A stretch of DNA of 64,000 nucleotides, from assembly GCA_045118995.1 (NCBI GenBank), contig JBGVCR010000003.1:48290-112289 (forward strand), given 5' to 3'. The notes under the pieces were generated by a model. It was not told the origin of the DNA. It was given only the letters and a program-made list of their open reading frames with translations, and ran no database searches. The position numbers and the translations under genes are program-made. Position 1 is the stretch's first letter; the number at the start of each line of letters is the position of its first letter. This DNA comes from Candidatus Cryptobacteroides sp. GTDB lineage: Bacteria; Bacteroidota; Bacteroidia; Bacteroidales; UBA932. This document shows, piece after piece, positions 18,740-28,753 of this stretch.

Positions 18740-18764
18740 GTCCTATATGCGGATAAATAGAAAA

Positions 18765-18797
18765 TGACCCCGAAAGTCTGATGAACTTTCGGGGTCA
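18765..18797. terminator. Hairpin between convergent genes (probable bidirectional terminator)
   Basis: TGACCCCGAAAGT / ACTTTCGGGGTCA 13-bp stem. Confidence 0.75.
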
Positions 18798-18812
18798 ATC
18801 GTATCAAGCTGT

Positions 18813-20483
18813 TTAGAACTTGAAGCTGTCCTTAAGAGCTGTAGTCTTGTTGAATACGAAGTGGTCTGGAGTAGTATCCGGATCCTTGAAGAAGTATCCC
18901 ACGCGCTCGAACTGAACTGCGATGCCTGAATTGTCCTCAAGGAGAGCTGGTTCTGCATATCCCTTTGCGATCACGAGAGACTCCGGATTGAGGTAGTTCT
19001 TGTAATCCTCACCCTCAGGAATCTGACCCATCTGAGCCTCTGTGAAGAGCTTGTCATATAGTCTGAGTTCCACTTCCTTGGCATGCTCGGTAGATACCCA
19101 ATGGATGGTCCCCTTGACTGAACGCCATTCGCCTGCTCCTGGCTTGGATGTAGGATCATATGTACATTTGATCTCAATGATATTGCCATCAGCATCCTTA
19201 ACGACCTCCTGGCACTTGATGATATAGGTATATTTGAGACGAACCTCTCCATCCGGCTTGAGACGGAAATACTTCTTAGGAGGCTCCTCCATGAAGTCGT
19301 TTCTTTCGATATACACCTCTCCGGTGAAAGGAACCTTGCGAGAAGGTCCTTCAGGATCTGCCGGATTAAGAGGAGCATCGAACCACTCCACCTTGCCTGG
19401 CTCCCAGTTAGTGATAGTAAGCTTCACCGGATCCTGAACCACCATATAACGGTTTGCACGCTCATTAAGATCCTGGCGTACACACCATTCCATCAGCTGA
19501 AGGTCGATAAGCTGCTCACGCTTTGCCACACCTACCTTCTCAGCGAACATACGCATTGACTCCGGAGTGTAACCACGACGACGGATACCGCAGATAGTCG
19601 GCATACGAGGGTCATCCCATCCGCTTACGAAATTGTTCTTCACGAGCTCAAGGAGCTTACGTTTAGACATCACTGTGTATGTGAGATTGAGTCTTGCGAA
19701 CTCATACTGATGTGACGGGAATATGCCGAGCTTGTCGATAAACCAGTCGTAGAGCGGACGGTGAACATCGAACTCGAGGGTACAGATCGAGTGAGTGATG
19801 TTCTCGATACTGTCTGACTGGCCGTGAGCGTAGTCATACATAGGATAGATGCACCACTTGTCACCTGTTCTATGATGATGAGCATGGAGAATACGGTAAA
19901 GAAGCGGGTCACGGAAAAGCATATTAGGGTGAGCCATATCGATCTTCGCACGAAGAACCTTCTCGCCCTCAGCATACTTTCCTGCCTTCATTTCACGGAA
20001 AAGCTGAAGGTTTTCCTCGACGCTTCTGTTACGGTAAGGACTCTCTGTACCAGGCACCTGCACTGTACCACGACCGGCACGGATCTCCTCCTGAGTCTGG
20101 TCATCCACGTATGCAAGTCCCTTCTTGATAAGTTCCTCAGCCCACTCGTAAAGCTGGTCGAAATAGTCAGAAGCATAACGCTCGTTCTCCCATTCGAAAC
20201 CGAGCCATTTGATATCCTCCTTGATTGAGTCTACATACTCGGTGTCTTCCTTTACTGGGTTTGTATCGTCAAAACGGAGATTGGTCTTTCCGCCGTATTT
20301 CTTTGCAAGTCCGAAATTGATGCAGATACTCTTCGCATGTCCGATGTGAAGATATCCGTTCGGTTCAGGCGGGAAGCGGGTCATCACAGATTCACACTTG
20401 CCGCTTGCGAGATCAGCCTCGATGATCTCCTCCAAAAAGTTGAGATTCCTGGTCTCAACGCCTTCCTTGTTTACCTCTTCCAT
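18813..20483 (-). CDS. glnS: Glutaminyl-tRNA synthetase
   Basis: TRFPPEPNGYLHIGH, MSKRK and GWDDPRMPT motifs. Confidence 0.97.
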   Translation of the reverse strand: MEEVNKEGVETRNLNFLEEIIEADLASGKCESVMTRFPPEPNGYLHIGHAKSICINFGLAKKYGGKTNLRFDDTNPVKEDTEYVDSIKEDIKWLGFEWENERYASDYFDQLYEWAEELIKKGLAYVDDQTQEEIRAGRGTVQVPGTESPYRNRSVEENLQLFREMKAGKYAEGEKVLRAKIDMAHPNMLFRDPLLYRILHAHHHRTGDKWCIYPMYDYAHGQSDSIENITHSICTLEFDVHRPLYDWFIDKLGIFPSHQYEFARLNLTYTVMSKRKLLELVKNNFVSGWDDPRMPTICGIRRRGYTPESMRMFAEKVGVAKREQLIDLQLMEWCVRQDLNERANRYMVVQDPVKLTITNWEPGKVEWFDAPLNPADPEGPSRKVPFTGEVYIERNDFMEEPPKKYFRLKPDGEVRLKYTYIIKCQEVVKDADGNIIEIKCTYDPTSKPGAGEWRSVKGTIHWVSTEHAKEVELRLYDKLFTEAQMGQIPEGEDYKNYLNPESLVIAKGYAEPALLEDNSGIAVQFERVGYFFKDPDTTPDHFVFNKTTALKDSFKF

Positions 20484-20603
20484 ATCTATTGGCAATTATA
20501 TTTCGTTACAGAAACTGTTTTTACAGTTTGCTATTTTCAAATAATCGAGCAAATATACGGATTTTTCAGTATTTTTGCGCTCTCATATAAGAAAAACAGC
20601 ATT

Positions 20604-21491
20604 ATGATAAAGTCAATGACAGGCTACGGCAAGGCCGAGGCACTTCTTGAAGCAGGCAAGATCACAGTAGAAGTCCGCTCACTCAACGGTAAGACTGCGG
20701 ATATCAGCATAAAGACATCATTCCTTCCAAAGGACAAGGAAATGGCTGTGCGCCAGAAAATAGCGGCAGAGCTCACCAGAGGTAACATTGATTTCTTTGT
20801 GACTTTCGAGCCGAATGCGGCTGACAGCGCGAAAAAGATCAACATGGATCTGGCAATGGAATATTACCAGCAGATCAGCGAGCTCGGCGGAAAGCTCGGA
20901 GCACACAATCTCTGGAACCAGAATCCGAATGACCTTCTGGCTATGCTGCTCAGAATGCCTGAAGTTATGGATGCAAAAAAGCAGGATGTGATCACCGAGG
21001 AAAACTGGCCGGTAGTGGAGGCCTGCATAGACGAAGCTCTACGCAATATCAATGCATTCCGCGCTCAGGAAGGCGAAATTCTTTATAAGGATGTAACCGA
21101 TAAGGTGCATGCAATTCTCGATTACTCAAAGCAGATCGAACAGTTTGAGAAAGAGCGCGTAGAGGCTATCAGAGAAAAAATTTTGAGCCGCTTCGCAGAA
21201 CTCAAGGCTGAACCTGACCATAGTCGCCTGGAGCAGGAGATGATATTCTACATCGAGAAGCTGGACATCAATGAAGAAAAGGTCCGTCTCCGCCAGCATT
21301 GCAATTATTTCCTTGACACCATCACCAACGAACCGAATCCGGGAAAGAAGCTCGGATTCATTGCCCAGGAAATGGGACGCGAGATCAACACTACTGGTTC
21401 AAAGGCCAATCACACAGAGATCCAGAAGATCGTAGTGAAGATGAAGGACGAACTCGAGAAGATAAAGGAGCAGAGTCTGAACATCCTCTAA
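20604..21491 (+). CDS. yicC: YicC/YloC-family endoribonuclease
   Basis: MIKSMTGYG start, GKKLGFIAQEMGREINTTGSK, EKIKEQ; start corrected to 20604. Confidence 0.95.
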   Translation: MIKSMTGYGKAEALLEAGKITVEVRSLNGKTADISIKTSFLPKDKEMAVRQKIAAELTRGNIDFFVTFEPNAADSAKKINMDLAMEYYQQISELGGKLGAHNLWNQNPNDLLAMLLRMPEVMDAKKQDVITEENWPVVEACIDEALRNINAFRAQEGEILYKDVTDKVHAILDYSKQIEQFEKERVEAIREKILSRFAELKAEPDHSRLEQEMIFYIEKLDINEEKVRLRQHCNYFLDTITNEPNPGKKLGFIAQEMGREINTTGSKANHTEIQKIVVKMKDELEKIKEQSLNIL

Positions 21492-21528
21492 ACCAGAGGA
21501 CAACTAACGAACTGAAAGACAATCTCTT

Positions 21529-21570
21529 ATACAAAATGCCTGCTGTATCTGTACAGCAGGCATTTTGTAT
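21529..21570. terminator. Hairpin between convergent yicC and the peroxidase gene (probable bidirectional terminator)
   Basis: ATACAAAATGCCTGCTGTA / TACAGCAGGCATTTTGTAT 19-bp stem. Confidence 0.8.
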
Positions 21571-21604
21571 AAAGGGCTATTTATCAGCTATTTGCGGGCC
21601 ACCA

Positions 21605-23017
21605 TTAATGCTCGATTGTGTGATCATGGATAGCGTCACGCGGATTATCGTTTGTCAGAAGTTTTCCCTGATACTCTCCGGTAAGAGTCTTAAGGAATCC
21701 TGTTATCTGATCTACCTCGGCAGAAGTCAGCTCTACTCCACTCTGATAGATACCCATATCGCGGACAGCGTCTTCGAGAGTCTCGCGGGTTCCGTCATGA
21801 TAGTAAGGCCATGTATGCTCGACATTACGAAGTCCTGGAACCTTGAAACGATGACGGTCACGTTCGATCTGAGTTTCCTTATAACGTCCGTTATCTTCGT
21901 GTGTAAGTTCGAGGCCTCGGTCAGCAAAATAATGACGGCGGAGTCCCATGAGTTCATATGACTGACCGCCAAGATTCGGTCCCACGTGACATGTAGCACA
22001 ATCATATTTCTTAAAGAGCTCATAACCAGCGAGTTCGTCTGCTGTCAAAGCTGAATCGTCACCACGAAGCCACTTATCGAAACGTGCATTAGGGGTGATG
22101 AGAGTACGTTCGAATTCCTCGATCGCATCAGTGATGTTCGCTTCAGTAAGTCCGTCAGAATAAACTGCCTTGAAAGCCTTTGCAAAATCCTTGTCAGCAT
22201 CAAGCTTTGCAATGATCTGGTCGAATGACTCTGAAGCCATCTCTACAGGATTGAGCGGCGGACCGGCAGCCTGGTCAGCGAGAGTCTTCGCACGACCGTC
22301 CCAGAACTGTACGAAATTGTAAACTGCATTATAAACTGTAGGCGCATTTACACCACCGAGCTGGTCATTTACTCCGTGAGAGTACTGATGATTGTCCACA
22401 CCTGCTGTTTCGAGAGCATGGCATGTCGCGCATGAAACAGTATTATCTACAGAAAGACGTGGGTCATGGAAAAGTGCAAATCCGAGGGCCGCCTTGGCAG
22501 CATCGACATCTGTTGCAAGTTCCACAGGACGTACAGGCTCAGCCGCACGTGACTCAGGAAGACCGTCGTCATACATTGCAATACGCTCATTGCGGATCCA
22601 GTCAAGTACAATGTCTCTCTTCGCAGAAGTCAATGAACTTCCCCAGTGTACCAGATAATACTTCGGCATCGGCATTCTGTCATCCAGAACGACCTTCTCA
22701 ATCTTTGCAAGATCCACTGCAGACATCTCGCCATCCACCTTGAGGGCATCCATAAAAGGCTTCATATCATAGGCGCGATAGCCTGAGTCAATATCTGCCA
22801 TAACGATCTTACCAGCCACCGGCATCTTCGCATAGAACGGAAGCTTAGGATCAGCAGAGTGGCAGCTCAAACATCCGCCATCCTCAAAGATCTTGTAAAC
22901 CTGCTCATACTGAGGCAGATCCGCAGAAGGAACCCTGTTCACGGCCCTATAGACCACGACCATTACGGCTGCCGCCACCAGCAGCAGAACCGCACACCAT
23001 CTTACTAATTTCTTCAT
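21605..23017 (-). CDS. Tri-heme, membrane-anchored cytochrome c peroxidase (YhjA-like)
   Basis: N-terminal TM; three CxxCH motifs (CLSCH, CATCH, CATCH); QFWDGRA, FKVPGLRNV and PYYHDG. Confidence 0.92.
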   Translation of the reverse strand: MKKLVRWCAVLLLVAAAVMVVVYRAVNRVPSADLPQYEQVYKIFEDGGCLSCHSADPKLPFYAKMPVAGKIVMADIDSGYRAYDMKPFMDALKVDGEMSAVDLAKIEKVVLDDRMPMPKYYLVHWGSSLTSAKRDIVLDWIRNERIAMYDDGLPESRAAEPVRPVELATDVDAAKAALGFALFHDPRLSVDNTVSCATCHALETAGVDNHQYSHGVNDQLGGVNAPTVYNAVYNFVQFWDGRAKTLADQAAGPPLNPVEMASESFDQIIAKLDADKDFAKAFKAVYSDGLTEANITDAIEEFERTLITPNARFDKWLRGDDSALTADELAGYELFKKYDCATCHVGPNLGGQSYELMGLRRHYFADRGLELTHEDNGRYKETQIERDRHRFKVPGLRNVEHTWPYYHDGTRETLEDAVRDMGIYQSGVELTSAEVDQITGFLKTLTGEYQGKLLTNDNPRDAIHDHTIEH

Positions 23018-23053
23018 ACTCGTATTGAATAGTTAATCATTTATTCATTTGCG

Positions 23054-23187
23054 AAAGCACGAAATTGGCCGTTTCTGTGCTTTCGATTGCTTATTTCACC
23101 GTCCAAAGCACGAAATTGACCGTTTTTGTGCTTTCGATTGCTTATTTCACCTTCCAAAGCACGAAATTGACCGTTTCTGTGCTTTCG
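23054..23187. repeat. Tandem array of three palindromic 30-bp units with 51-bp period (REP/BIME-like)
   Basis: AAAGCAC-GAAATTG(G/A)CCGTTT(C/T)T-GTGCTTT at 23054, 23105 and 23156; linkers CGATTGCTTATTTCACC(G/T)TCC differ by 1 nt. Confidence 0.92.
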
Positions 23188-23193
23188 ACCAGG

Positions 23194-24003
23194 TCATCGG
23201 TTATATATATGTACACTGTCAGCCGCAGTCGGGAGATAATTTACTCCCCACCAACACATCTGCAAACATAGGAAACTGAATATCAGAAGCAGGCACAACA
23301 CCTTACGGGAACTACCTCCCAAGAGGCGCAGATGTATATAAAGCATATAGCTGAGCCATGTTACTAATGCCCAGGTCTCCTTCGGGTCCCAGCTCCAGTA
23401 ATGTCCCCAGGCCTCCTTAGCCCAAAGCGCTCCTGAAAGCATGCCGAAAGTAAGGAAAGCCATACCTATATATACTAATGTGTCCGCTGCAGACATAACA
23501 TTGTTCTTTGCAGTGAAAAGTCCGACCAGGGCGAGCAGAAAGGCGCAGCCGAGGAAGGAATAGGAAAACATATATACAGTCACATGAGGGATGAACCAAG
23601 GACTCTGAAGCGCCGGCATCAATGTCTGGTCATGTATCTCGGGACGAAAGATATTGATCATTATGAACACAGTCGCGAGTACTGTCGAGAATGACAGGAT
23701 CCATCTGTAACGCCAGCGAAGATATGTGAACAAGCCGGAAAAAAGAGCAAAGAAGGAATACCACAGACGTGTTTCGCCCATTGTCCTGAGCGGCGGTCTT
23801 CCAAGCTCCAGCCAGAGCAAGGCTATAAAAACAGCAAGTACCAGCAAAGATGACGATGCGAAGGTAATGGCCAGTCCACGACGCCTGCGATAGCGCAGCG
23901 AAGACTGGGACCAATGATCATTTGCACACATCGAAACGACTGCACCTGCCGCTGAAAGCAGGACAGCAGCAATACCGAACCATATGAAAATATTCCATCC
24001 CAT
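23194..24003 (-). CDS. ccsA: Cytochrome c biogenesis protein CcsA/ResC (System II)
   Basis: WWD domain GALWAKEAWGHYWSWDPKETWA; PALQSPWFIPHV; start uncertain between 24003 and 24021. Confidence 0.92.
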   Translation of the reverse strand: MGWNIFIWFGIAAVLLSAAGAVVSMCANDHWSQSSLRYRRRRGLAITFASSSLLVLAVFIALLWLELGRPPLRTMGETRLWYSFFALFSGLFTYLRWRYRWILSFSTVLATVFIMINIFRPEIHDQTLMPALQSPWFIPHVTVYMFSYSFLGCAFLLALVGLFTAKNNVMSAADTLVYIGMAFLTFGMLSGALWAKEAWGHYWSWDPKETWALVTWLSYMLYIHLRLLGGSSRKVLCLLLIFSFLCLQMCWWGVNYLPTAADSVHIYNR

Positions 24004-24007
24004 AATA

Positions 24008-24859
24008 TTACTCATCATCATTTCGTCTGCGAGGACCGCCTGCAAAAAGCAGGAAGGCACCGGCAAGCATCATTACCACTCCGGCCAAAGCGGCATATCT
24101 CCAAGGTTCATACACAACCTGCAGTATGCAGCTGTCACCACCATGCATATTGTCATAGCCGACAAGATACAGATCCATACCAAAACTGACATTATATGGT
24201 TTATTGACTTTGAGGACCACGGCTTCACCGTCGACATTCACACGTGCCTCATACATTGAAGGCACTCCATTCGAATATGTCTCGATCTTGAATTCTTTCA
24301 AAGTCACTTCAAACGGAAGCCAGCCCACTGTACCGTCCATTGAGAATGCTTCTCTGACCGGGAGATCACGTATGGCCCTAATTCTTAGTACTTCCGTATC
24401 CGGAGCTCCCCAGAAAGCAGAAGAAACTGCCAGAAGAATACCGACGTGATTCAACACGAAACGCCATCTTACAGCACCGATTCTCGCCCCCGTCGCAGTC
24501 TGAGCACGCCAGCCCCTTAGGATCACGAAAAGTAGCACAGTCTGAAAATACAATAAGACGGCAGCAAAAATCCAGGTCGAAACCAGTTCCCTTTGGCCGG
24601 AAATGCCTATTGCGAGACTGAATCCAAGGAAAAGGACAATCGATGACACTGTCGCTCCTTTGGAAAGCATGAATTCAACAAAAAGAGATTTCCTGCGCAT
24701 TTTCCAGACAGAAACCATAATCGAAGCCCATATGAGAGCGAGAATAAGATTAAGCGGAAAGGCCAGAAACGAGAAAGGGATATTGCCCGTCAGAAACTGA
24801 AGGGCAAAGGCAACAGCCAGATAAATTATAAGAATAAGGTAAGGCATAGCCATAAACAT
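24008..24859 (-). CDS. ResB/CcsB-like cytochrome c biogenesis protein
   Basis: TMs with conserved His (FVLNHVG); LPFEVTLKEF and VNKP soluble region; adjacent to ccsA. Confidence 0.75.
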   Translation of the reverse strand: MFMAMPYLILIIYLAVAFALQFLTGNIPFSFLAFPLNLILALIWASIMVSVWKMRRKSLFVEFMLSKGATVSSIVLFLGFSLAIGISGQRELVSTWIFAAVLLYFQTVLLFVILRGWRAQTATGARIGAVRWRFVLNHVGILLAVSSAFWGAPDTEVLRIRAIRDLPVREAFSMDGTVGWLPFEVTLKEFKIETYSNGVPSMYEARVNVDGEAVVLKVNKPYNVSFGMDLYLVGYDNMHGGDSCILQVVYEPWRYAALAGVVMMLAGAFLLFAGGPRRRNDDE

Positions 24860-25003
24860 TATTTACAAAAATACTGAATTTTCGCGAATCCGCAACATTT
24901 GGTCTGATTTTACCACAAATTTGATAGGCTATTAAATAAGATGTTTGGCTAAAAGAATAAAAACGCTAACTTTGTCTTGCTAAACCTTAAAACCTTAATC
25001 GCA

Positions 25004-25975
25004 ATGAGTCAAGAAGTCATTCGAGAATTAGACGCTCTGAACGTCACCATGAACGGTGGTTCCACCCTTTTGAATATTGTTCTCGCATTAGTAATGTTCG
25101 GAGTGGCCCTGGGCATCAAGCCAGCCACCTTTGTCGACATAATCAGGAATCCTAAGTCAATAATCACTGGTATAGCCTGTCAGCTTGTTCTGCTTCCGGC
25201 ATTGACCCTTATGCTGATCATGGCTATGGGACAGTGGATTTCACCGATGATCGCACTCGGAATGATTCTGGTAGCATCCTGTCCTGGCGGAAACATATCC
25301 AACTTCATCACATCTCTTTCAAGAGGAAATTCAGAATTATCTGTGTCACTTACAGCGTTCAACACAGCCGTATGCGTATTTACCACGCCTCTGAACTTTG
25401 CGTTTTGGGGCAAGATGTACCTGAACTTCGCAGGAAACCACTATATAGGTGAACTTCCGGAACTCCAGATTCCTCTTGGTGACATATTCCAGAGCATATT
25501 CATCATCATGGGTATTCCGCTAGTGCTCGGTATTCTTTGCGGACAGTATCTTCCTAAGGTAGCAAAGGTGCTCAGGAAGCCTTTACAGTACCTTTCTATC
25601 GTCGTTTTCATCGCGATGGTGATCATCATCTTCACAGGAAATCTGGATGTATTCATGAAATGTATCCGTTACATCTTCCTTGTAGTACTCATCCATAACC
25701 TTCTCGCACTTGGAATCGGATTCGGAACCAGCACATTGCTCAAACTTCCATACAAGGACAGAAGGACAATCACCATAGAGACAGGCATCCAGAACTCAGG
25801 TCTTGGACTCGTCCTTCTTCTTAACCCGAACATCTTCCCGGAAGCCGGAGCATGGGCTGACAACGGCGGAATGCTTGTCATCACTGCCTGGTGGGGCGTA
25901 TGGCATATTATTTCAGGCCTGACACTTGCATCCCTCTGGAGATGGAAAGGCAGAAAAGAAGCAACAGAAGAATAA
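25004..25975 (+). CDS. Bile acid:sodium symporter (BASS/SBF) family transporter
   Basis: CPGGNISNF and IETGIQNSGL motifs; many TMs; -7 box at 24967. Confidence 0.92.
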   Translation: MSQEVIRELDALNVTMNGGSTLLNIVLALVMFGVALGIKPATFVDIIRNPKSIITGIACQLVLLPALTLMLIMAMGQWISPMIALGMILVASCPGGNISNFITSLSRGNSELSVSLTAFNTAVCVFTTPLNFAFWGKMYLNFAGNHYIGELPELQIPLGDIFQSIFIIMGIPLVLGILCGQYLPKVAKVLRKPLQYLSIVVFIAMVIIIFTGNLDVFMKCIRYIFLVVLIHNLLALGIGFGTSTLLKLPYKDRRTITIETGIQNSGLGLVLLLNPNIFPEAGAWADNGGMLVITAWWGVWHIISGLTLASLWRWKGRKEATEE

Positions 25976-25976
25976 T

Positions 25977-27293
25977 ATGGGCAGAAAACATATTTACGAC
26001 AAAGATATTTTATATGATCTTCTCAGACCTATAGTTGACTGGTGCGTAAAGCACAGCTATAGGAAAGTGGAGGTCAAAGGCAAGGAAAACATTCCTTCTG
26101 ACGGGGCTGTAATAATTGCTCCGAATCACTGTAACACATTGATGGATGCGCTCGTCGTCCTTCGTGCCTTCGATAACGAAAGCGTCTTCGGAGCAAGGGC
26201 CGATCTTTTCAACAAGCCTTTCATCGCCAAGCTGATGTACTTTGTAAGGATTCTCCCTATGGTACGCCAGAGAGACGGATTGCGCAATGTTTTAAAGAAC
26301 AATGAGACTCAGGAAGTTATCGTAGAAATCCTCGAGAACAAGGTACGTTTCTGCATGTATCCGGAAGGTAAACACAGGCCTGCGCACTCATTACAGGCTC
26401 TCGGCAAAGGAACATTCAGGGCGGCACTTGCAGCCAATTCGAAGTTCGGCGAGAAGATGCCTGTATATATAGTCCCTGCCGGAATCGAATACGGTGATTA
26501 TTTCCGATACAGAAGCACTTCCCTTCTGACATTCGGAGAGCCGATAAATGTAACTGAGTTCGTCAAAGGGCTGGACACTGAAAATGATGTACAGATGATC
26601 GAACCTCTGAGAAAAGAGCTGTCGGCCAGAATATCGAAGCTGATCACTTTCCTCAAGGACGACGAGAATCTTTATAAGAAATGGGCTCTGACAAAGATGC
26701 TGGCCATCGACAAAGGTCTCGATTACGGGAATTTCGGTACAAGTCTCTACAAGAGCATGCTTGAAAACAGGGCTATTGCCTCAAACATCGACAATGCTTG
26801 TGAGGAGAAAGCAGCCAAGATGGCAGATCTTCTCGAGAAAGTCGAGTCTTTCGAGAAAAAGAGGAAGAAGAAAGGAATGTCAATCTATTCCTTCACCAAG
26901 AAGAACACCCCTCTCAGAGCAGTCGGAAAAGCATTTGCAGCACTTGTCGGCTTGCCATACTATATCTTCAGTGCAATAGTAAGTTCACCAATGTGGCTGA
27001 CTTATTATCTGCTCAAGAGCAAGACAAGAGACAAAGCTTTTCATAATACAGTCGGATTCGGAGTGAAGTTAGGACTCGGTCTCGTACTCTACCCTATCTA
27101 CACAGCATTGGCATTCTGTTTCATGGATTGGCCATATGCTCTGGCAACACTTCTGCTGAGCATTCCTTCCTATAGCTACTTCTTTGACTATAACGAAGGC
27201 TTAAGAAGATTTGTTTCCGACATCAAAGTTCTGACAGACAAGAAAATGAGAGGCTTCTACAAGGATATTGTAAAAGCTTTCAAGAAATTGTAA
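25977..27293 (+). CDS. PlsC-type acyltransferase with C-terminal TM extension
   Basis: NHCNTLMD (HxxxxD) and YPEG motifs; ATG at 25977. Confidence 0.85.
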   Translation: MGRKHIYDKDILYDLLRPIVDWCVKHSYRKVEVKGKENIPSDGAVIIAPNHCNTLMDALVVLRAFDNESVFGARADLFNKPFIAKLMYFVRILPMVRQRDGLRNVLKNNETQEVIVEILENKVRFCMYPEGKHRPAHSLQALGKGTFRAALAANSKFGEKMPVYIVPAGIEYGDYFRYRSTSLLTFGEPINVTEFVKGLDTENDVQMIEPLRKELSARISKLITFLKDDENLYKKWALTKMLAIDKGLDYGNFGTSLYKSMLENRAIASNIDNACEEKAAKMADLLEKVESFEKKRKKKGMSIYSFTKKNTPLRAVGKAFAALVGLPYYIFSAIVSSPMWLTYYLLKSKTRDKAFHNTVGFGVKLGLGLVLYPIYTALAFCFMDWPYALATLLLSIPSYSYFFDYNEGLRRFVSDIKVLTDKKMRGFYKDIVKAFKKL

Positions 27294-27310
27294 AACCAAA
27301 CCTTTATAAT

Positions 27311-28753
27311 ATGAAAAAGACACTCATTACCGCTATTGCAGCGTTCGCATTGTGCATTCCTTCATTTGCAGAAGAAACAGCCGCTGCAGAAAACGAAGTG
27401 AAGGCCAAGAAGGAGAAGAAGAACGTAACATACAACGAAAAAGGTGAAATCATCAAGACAGGCACCAATTTCGGTCCTCTTCCAGTGGTAGCATTCGATG
27501 CTGACCGAGGATTCCAGTTCGGAGCGCTCCTGAACCTCTATAACTTCGGTAACGGAGACACTTATCCCAATCCTAAGTCGACCTGGTATTTCGAAGCATC
27601 TGCTTATACCAAGGAAAGCGCGATCAACAGCTATAAATTCATTGTAAACTATGACAACAAGACTCTTATCCCGGGAGTAAGAATGTCCATCTGTTCAGGC
27701 TATTACAAAGATTCGGCTCTGGACTTCTACGGATTCAACGGATATGAGAGCAACTATATCACCAGCAAGACTATGTTCGAGGACGGTATGGCCCAGTATC
27801 TTCCAGACAAAGCAGGTGAAAAACTTCAGGCCAAGGGAAAATATCCTAAAGGATTCTACCGCTTCGGTCGTGACCTTATCAAGGCTAAGGTAGACTTCAC
27901 TGGCAAGATACTCAAGAATTTCTACTGGGAAGCCGGATATAATTTCTCGTGGATAAAGACTTCGGATTTCACCCCTAAGGGATATGAAGTGCTTGCAGAT
28001 CAGGGATTTGAACATGGAACATCACTTTTTAACCTCTACAAGGAGTGGGGCATCATCTCTCCAGAGCAGGCAGACGGTGGCGTGATTTCATCTATCCGCG
28101 CCGGCCTCATGTACGACAGCCGTAATGTAGAGAACAATCCTACCAAGGGTATCTGGGCTGAAGCTCACGTAATCGCAGCACCTAAATGGCTTGGAACAAC
28201 AGATCCCCACTATAAATATTGCATCACAATGCGCCAGTACGTTCCGATCGTGCAGGACAAGCTGACATTCGCATACAGAGCAGCTTATCAGGGCACATTC
28301 GGCAGCAATGCGCCTTGGTATGCAATGCCTTTCTATACCAATATGGGTCCAAAGGCCGACAATGACGGATTCGGAGGCTACCGCACAGTAAGAGGCCTTA
28401 TGCTCAACAGAGTACAGGGACAGGATGTAGGATTCTACAACGCAGAACTCCGCTGGAGATTCATTGACTTCAAGCTTTGGAAACAGAATATCGCATTTGC
28501 AATCAGCGGATTCACCGACGGAGCCCATGTATTCAAGGGATACGATCTGACTAACAAGACCGGCAAATACCAGGAGCTTTATGAAAAGTTCGTCGATGTA
28601 AACAGAAAGGCTGACGGATTCCATGGATCTGCAGGTGCAGGACTTCGTTTCATCATGAACCAGAACTTCATCGTGGCACTCGAGTACGCGCGCTGCTTCA
28701 ACAAGCAGGACGGAAACGGAGCATTCTACATCAACACCGGCTTCCTGTTCTAG
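27311..28753 (+). CDS. Omp85/BamA-TamA-family outer-membrane barrel without POTRA domains
   Basis: Signal peptide; YDSRN..NPTKG, GGYRTVRG and NAELRW motifs; C-terminal FYINTGFLF beta-signal. Confidence 0.8.
   Translation: MKKTLITAIAAFALCIPSFAEETAAAENEVKAKKEKKNVTYNEKGEIIKTGTNFGPLPVVAFDADRGFQFGALLNLYNFGNGDTYPNPKSTWYFEASAYTKESAINSYKFIVNYDNKTLIPGVRMSICSGYYKDSALDFYGFNGYESNYITSKTMFEDGMAQYLPDKAGEKLQAKGKYPKGFYRFGRDLIKAKVDFTGKILKNFYWEAGYNFSWIKTSDFTPKGYEVLADQGFEHGTSLFNLYKEWGIISPEQADGGVISSIRAGLMYDSRNVENNPTKGIWAEAHVIAAPKWLGTTDPHYKYCITMRQYVPIVQDKLTFAYRAAYQGTFGSNAPWYAMPFYTNMGPKADNDGFGGYRTVRGLMLNRVQGQDVGFYNAELRWRFIDFKLWKQNIAFAISGFTDGAHVFKGYDLTNKTGKYQELYEKFVDVNRKADGFHGSAGAGLRFIMNQNFIVALEYARCFNKQDGNGAFYINTGFLF

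Noticed and set aside
20337-20603. N-terminal extensions from the ORF track (yicC here; also nusB, gdhA, yfcC, GT4, rny)
   Set aside because: The extensions overlap neighbouring genes or promoter boxes, and the family-typical N-termini start at downstream ATGs.
23054-23187. CRISPR array
   Set aside because: The linkers are only 21 bp and nearly identical, there is no cas gene in the window, and a dispersed inverted copy exists at 6489. This fits a REP-like tandem repeat better.
23049-23279. ORF with a 17-aa repeat (KHEIxRFCAFDCLFHxP)
   Set aside because: A by-product of the 51-bp period being a multiple of three; antisense to the operon, overlapping ccsA, with a TTG start.
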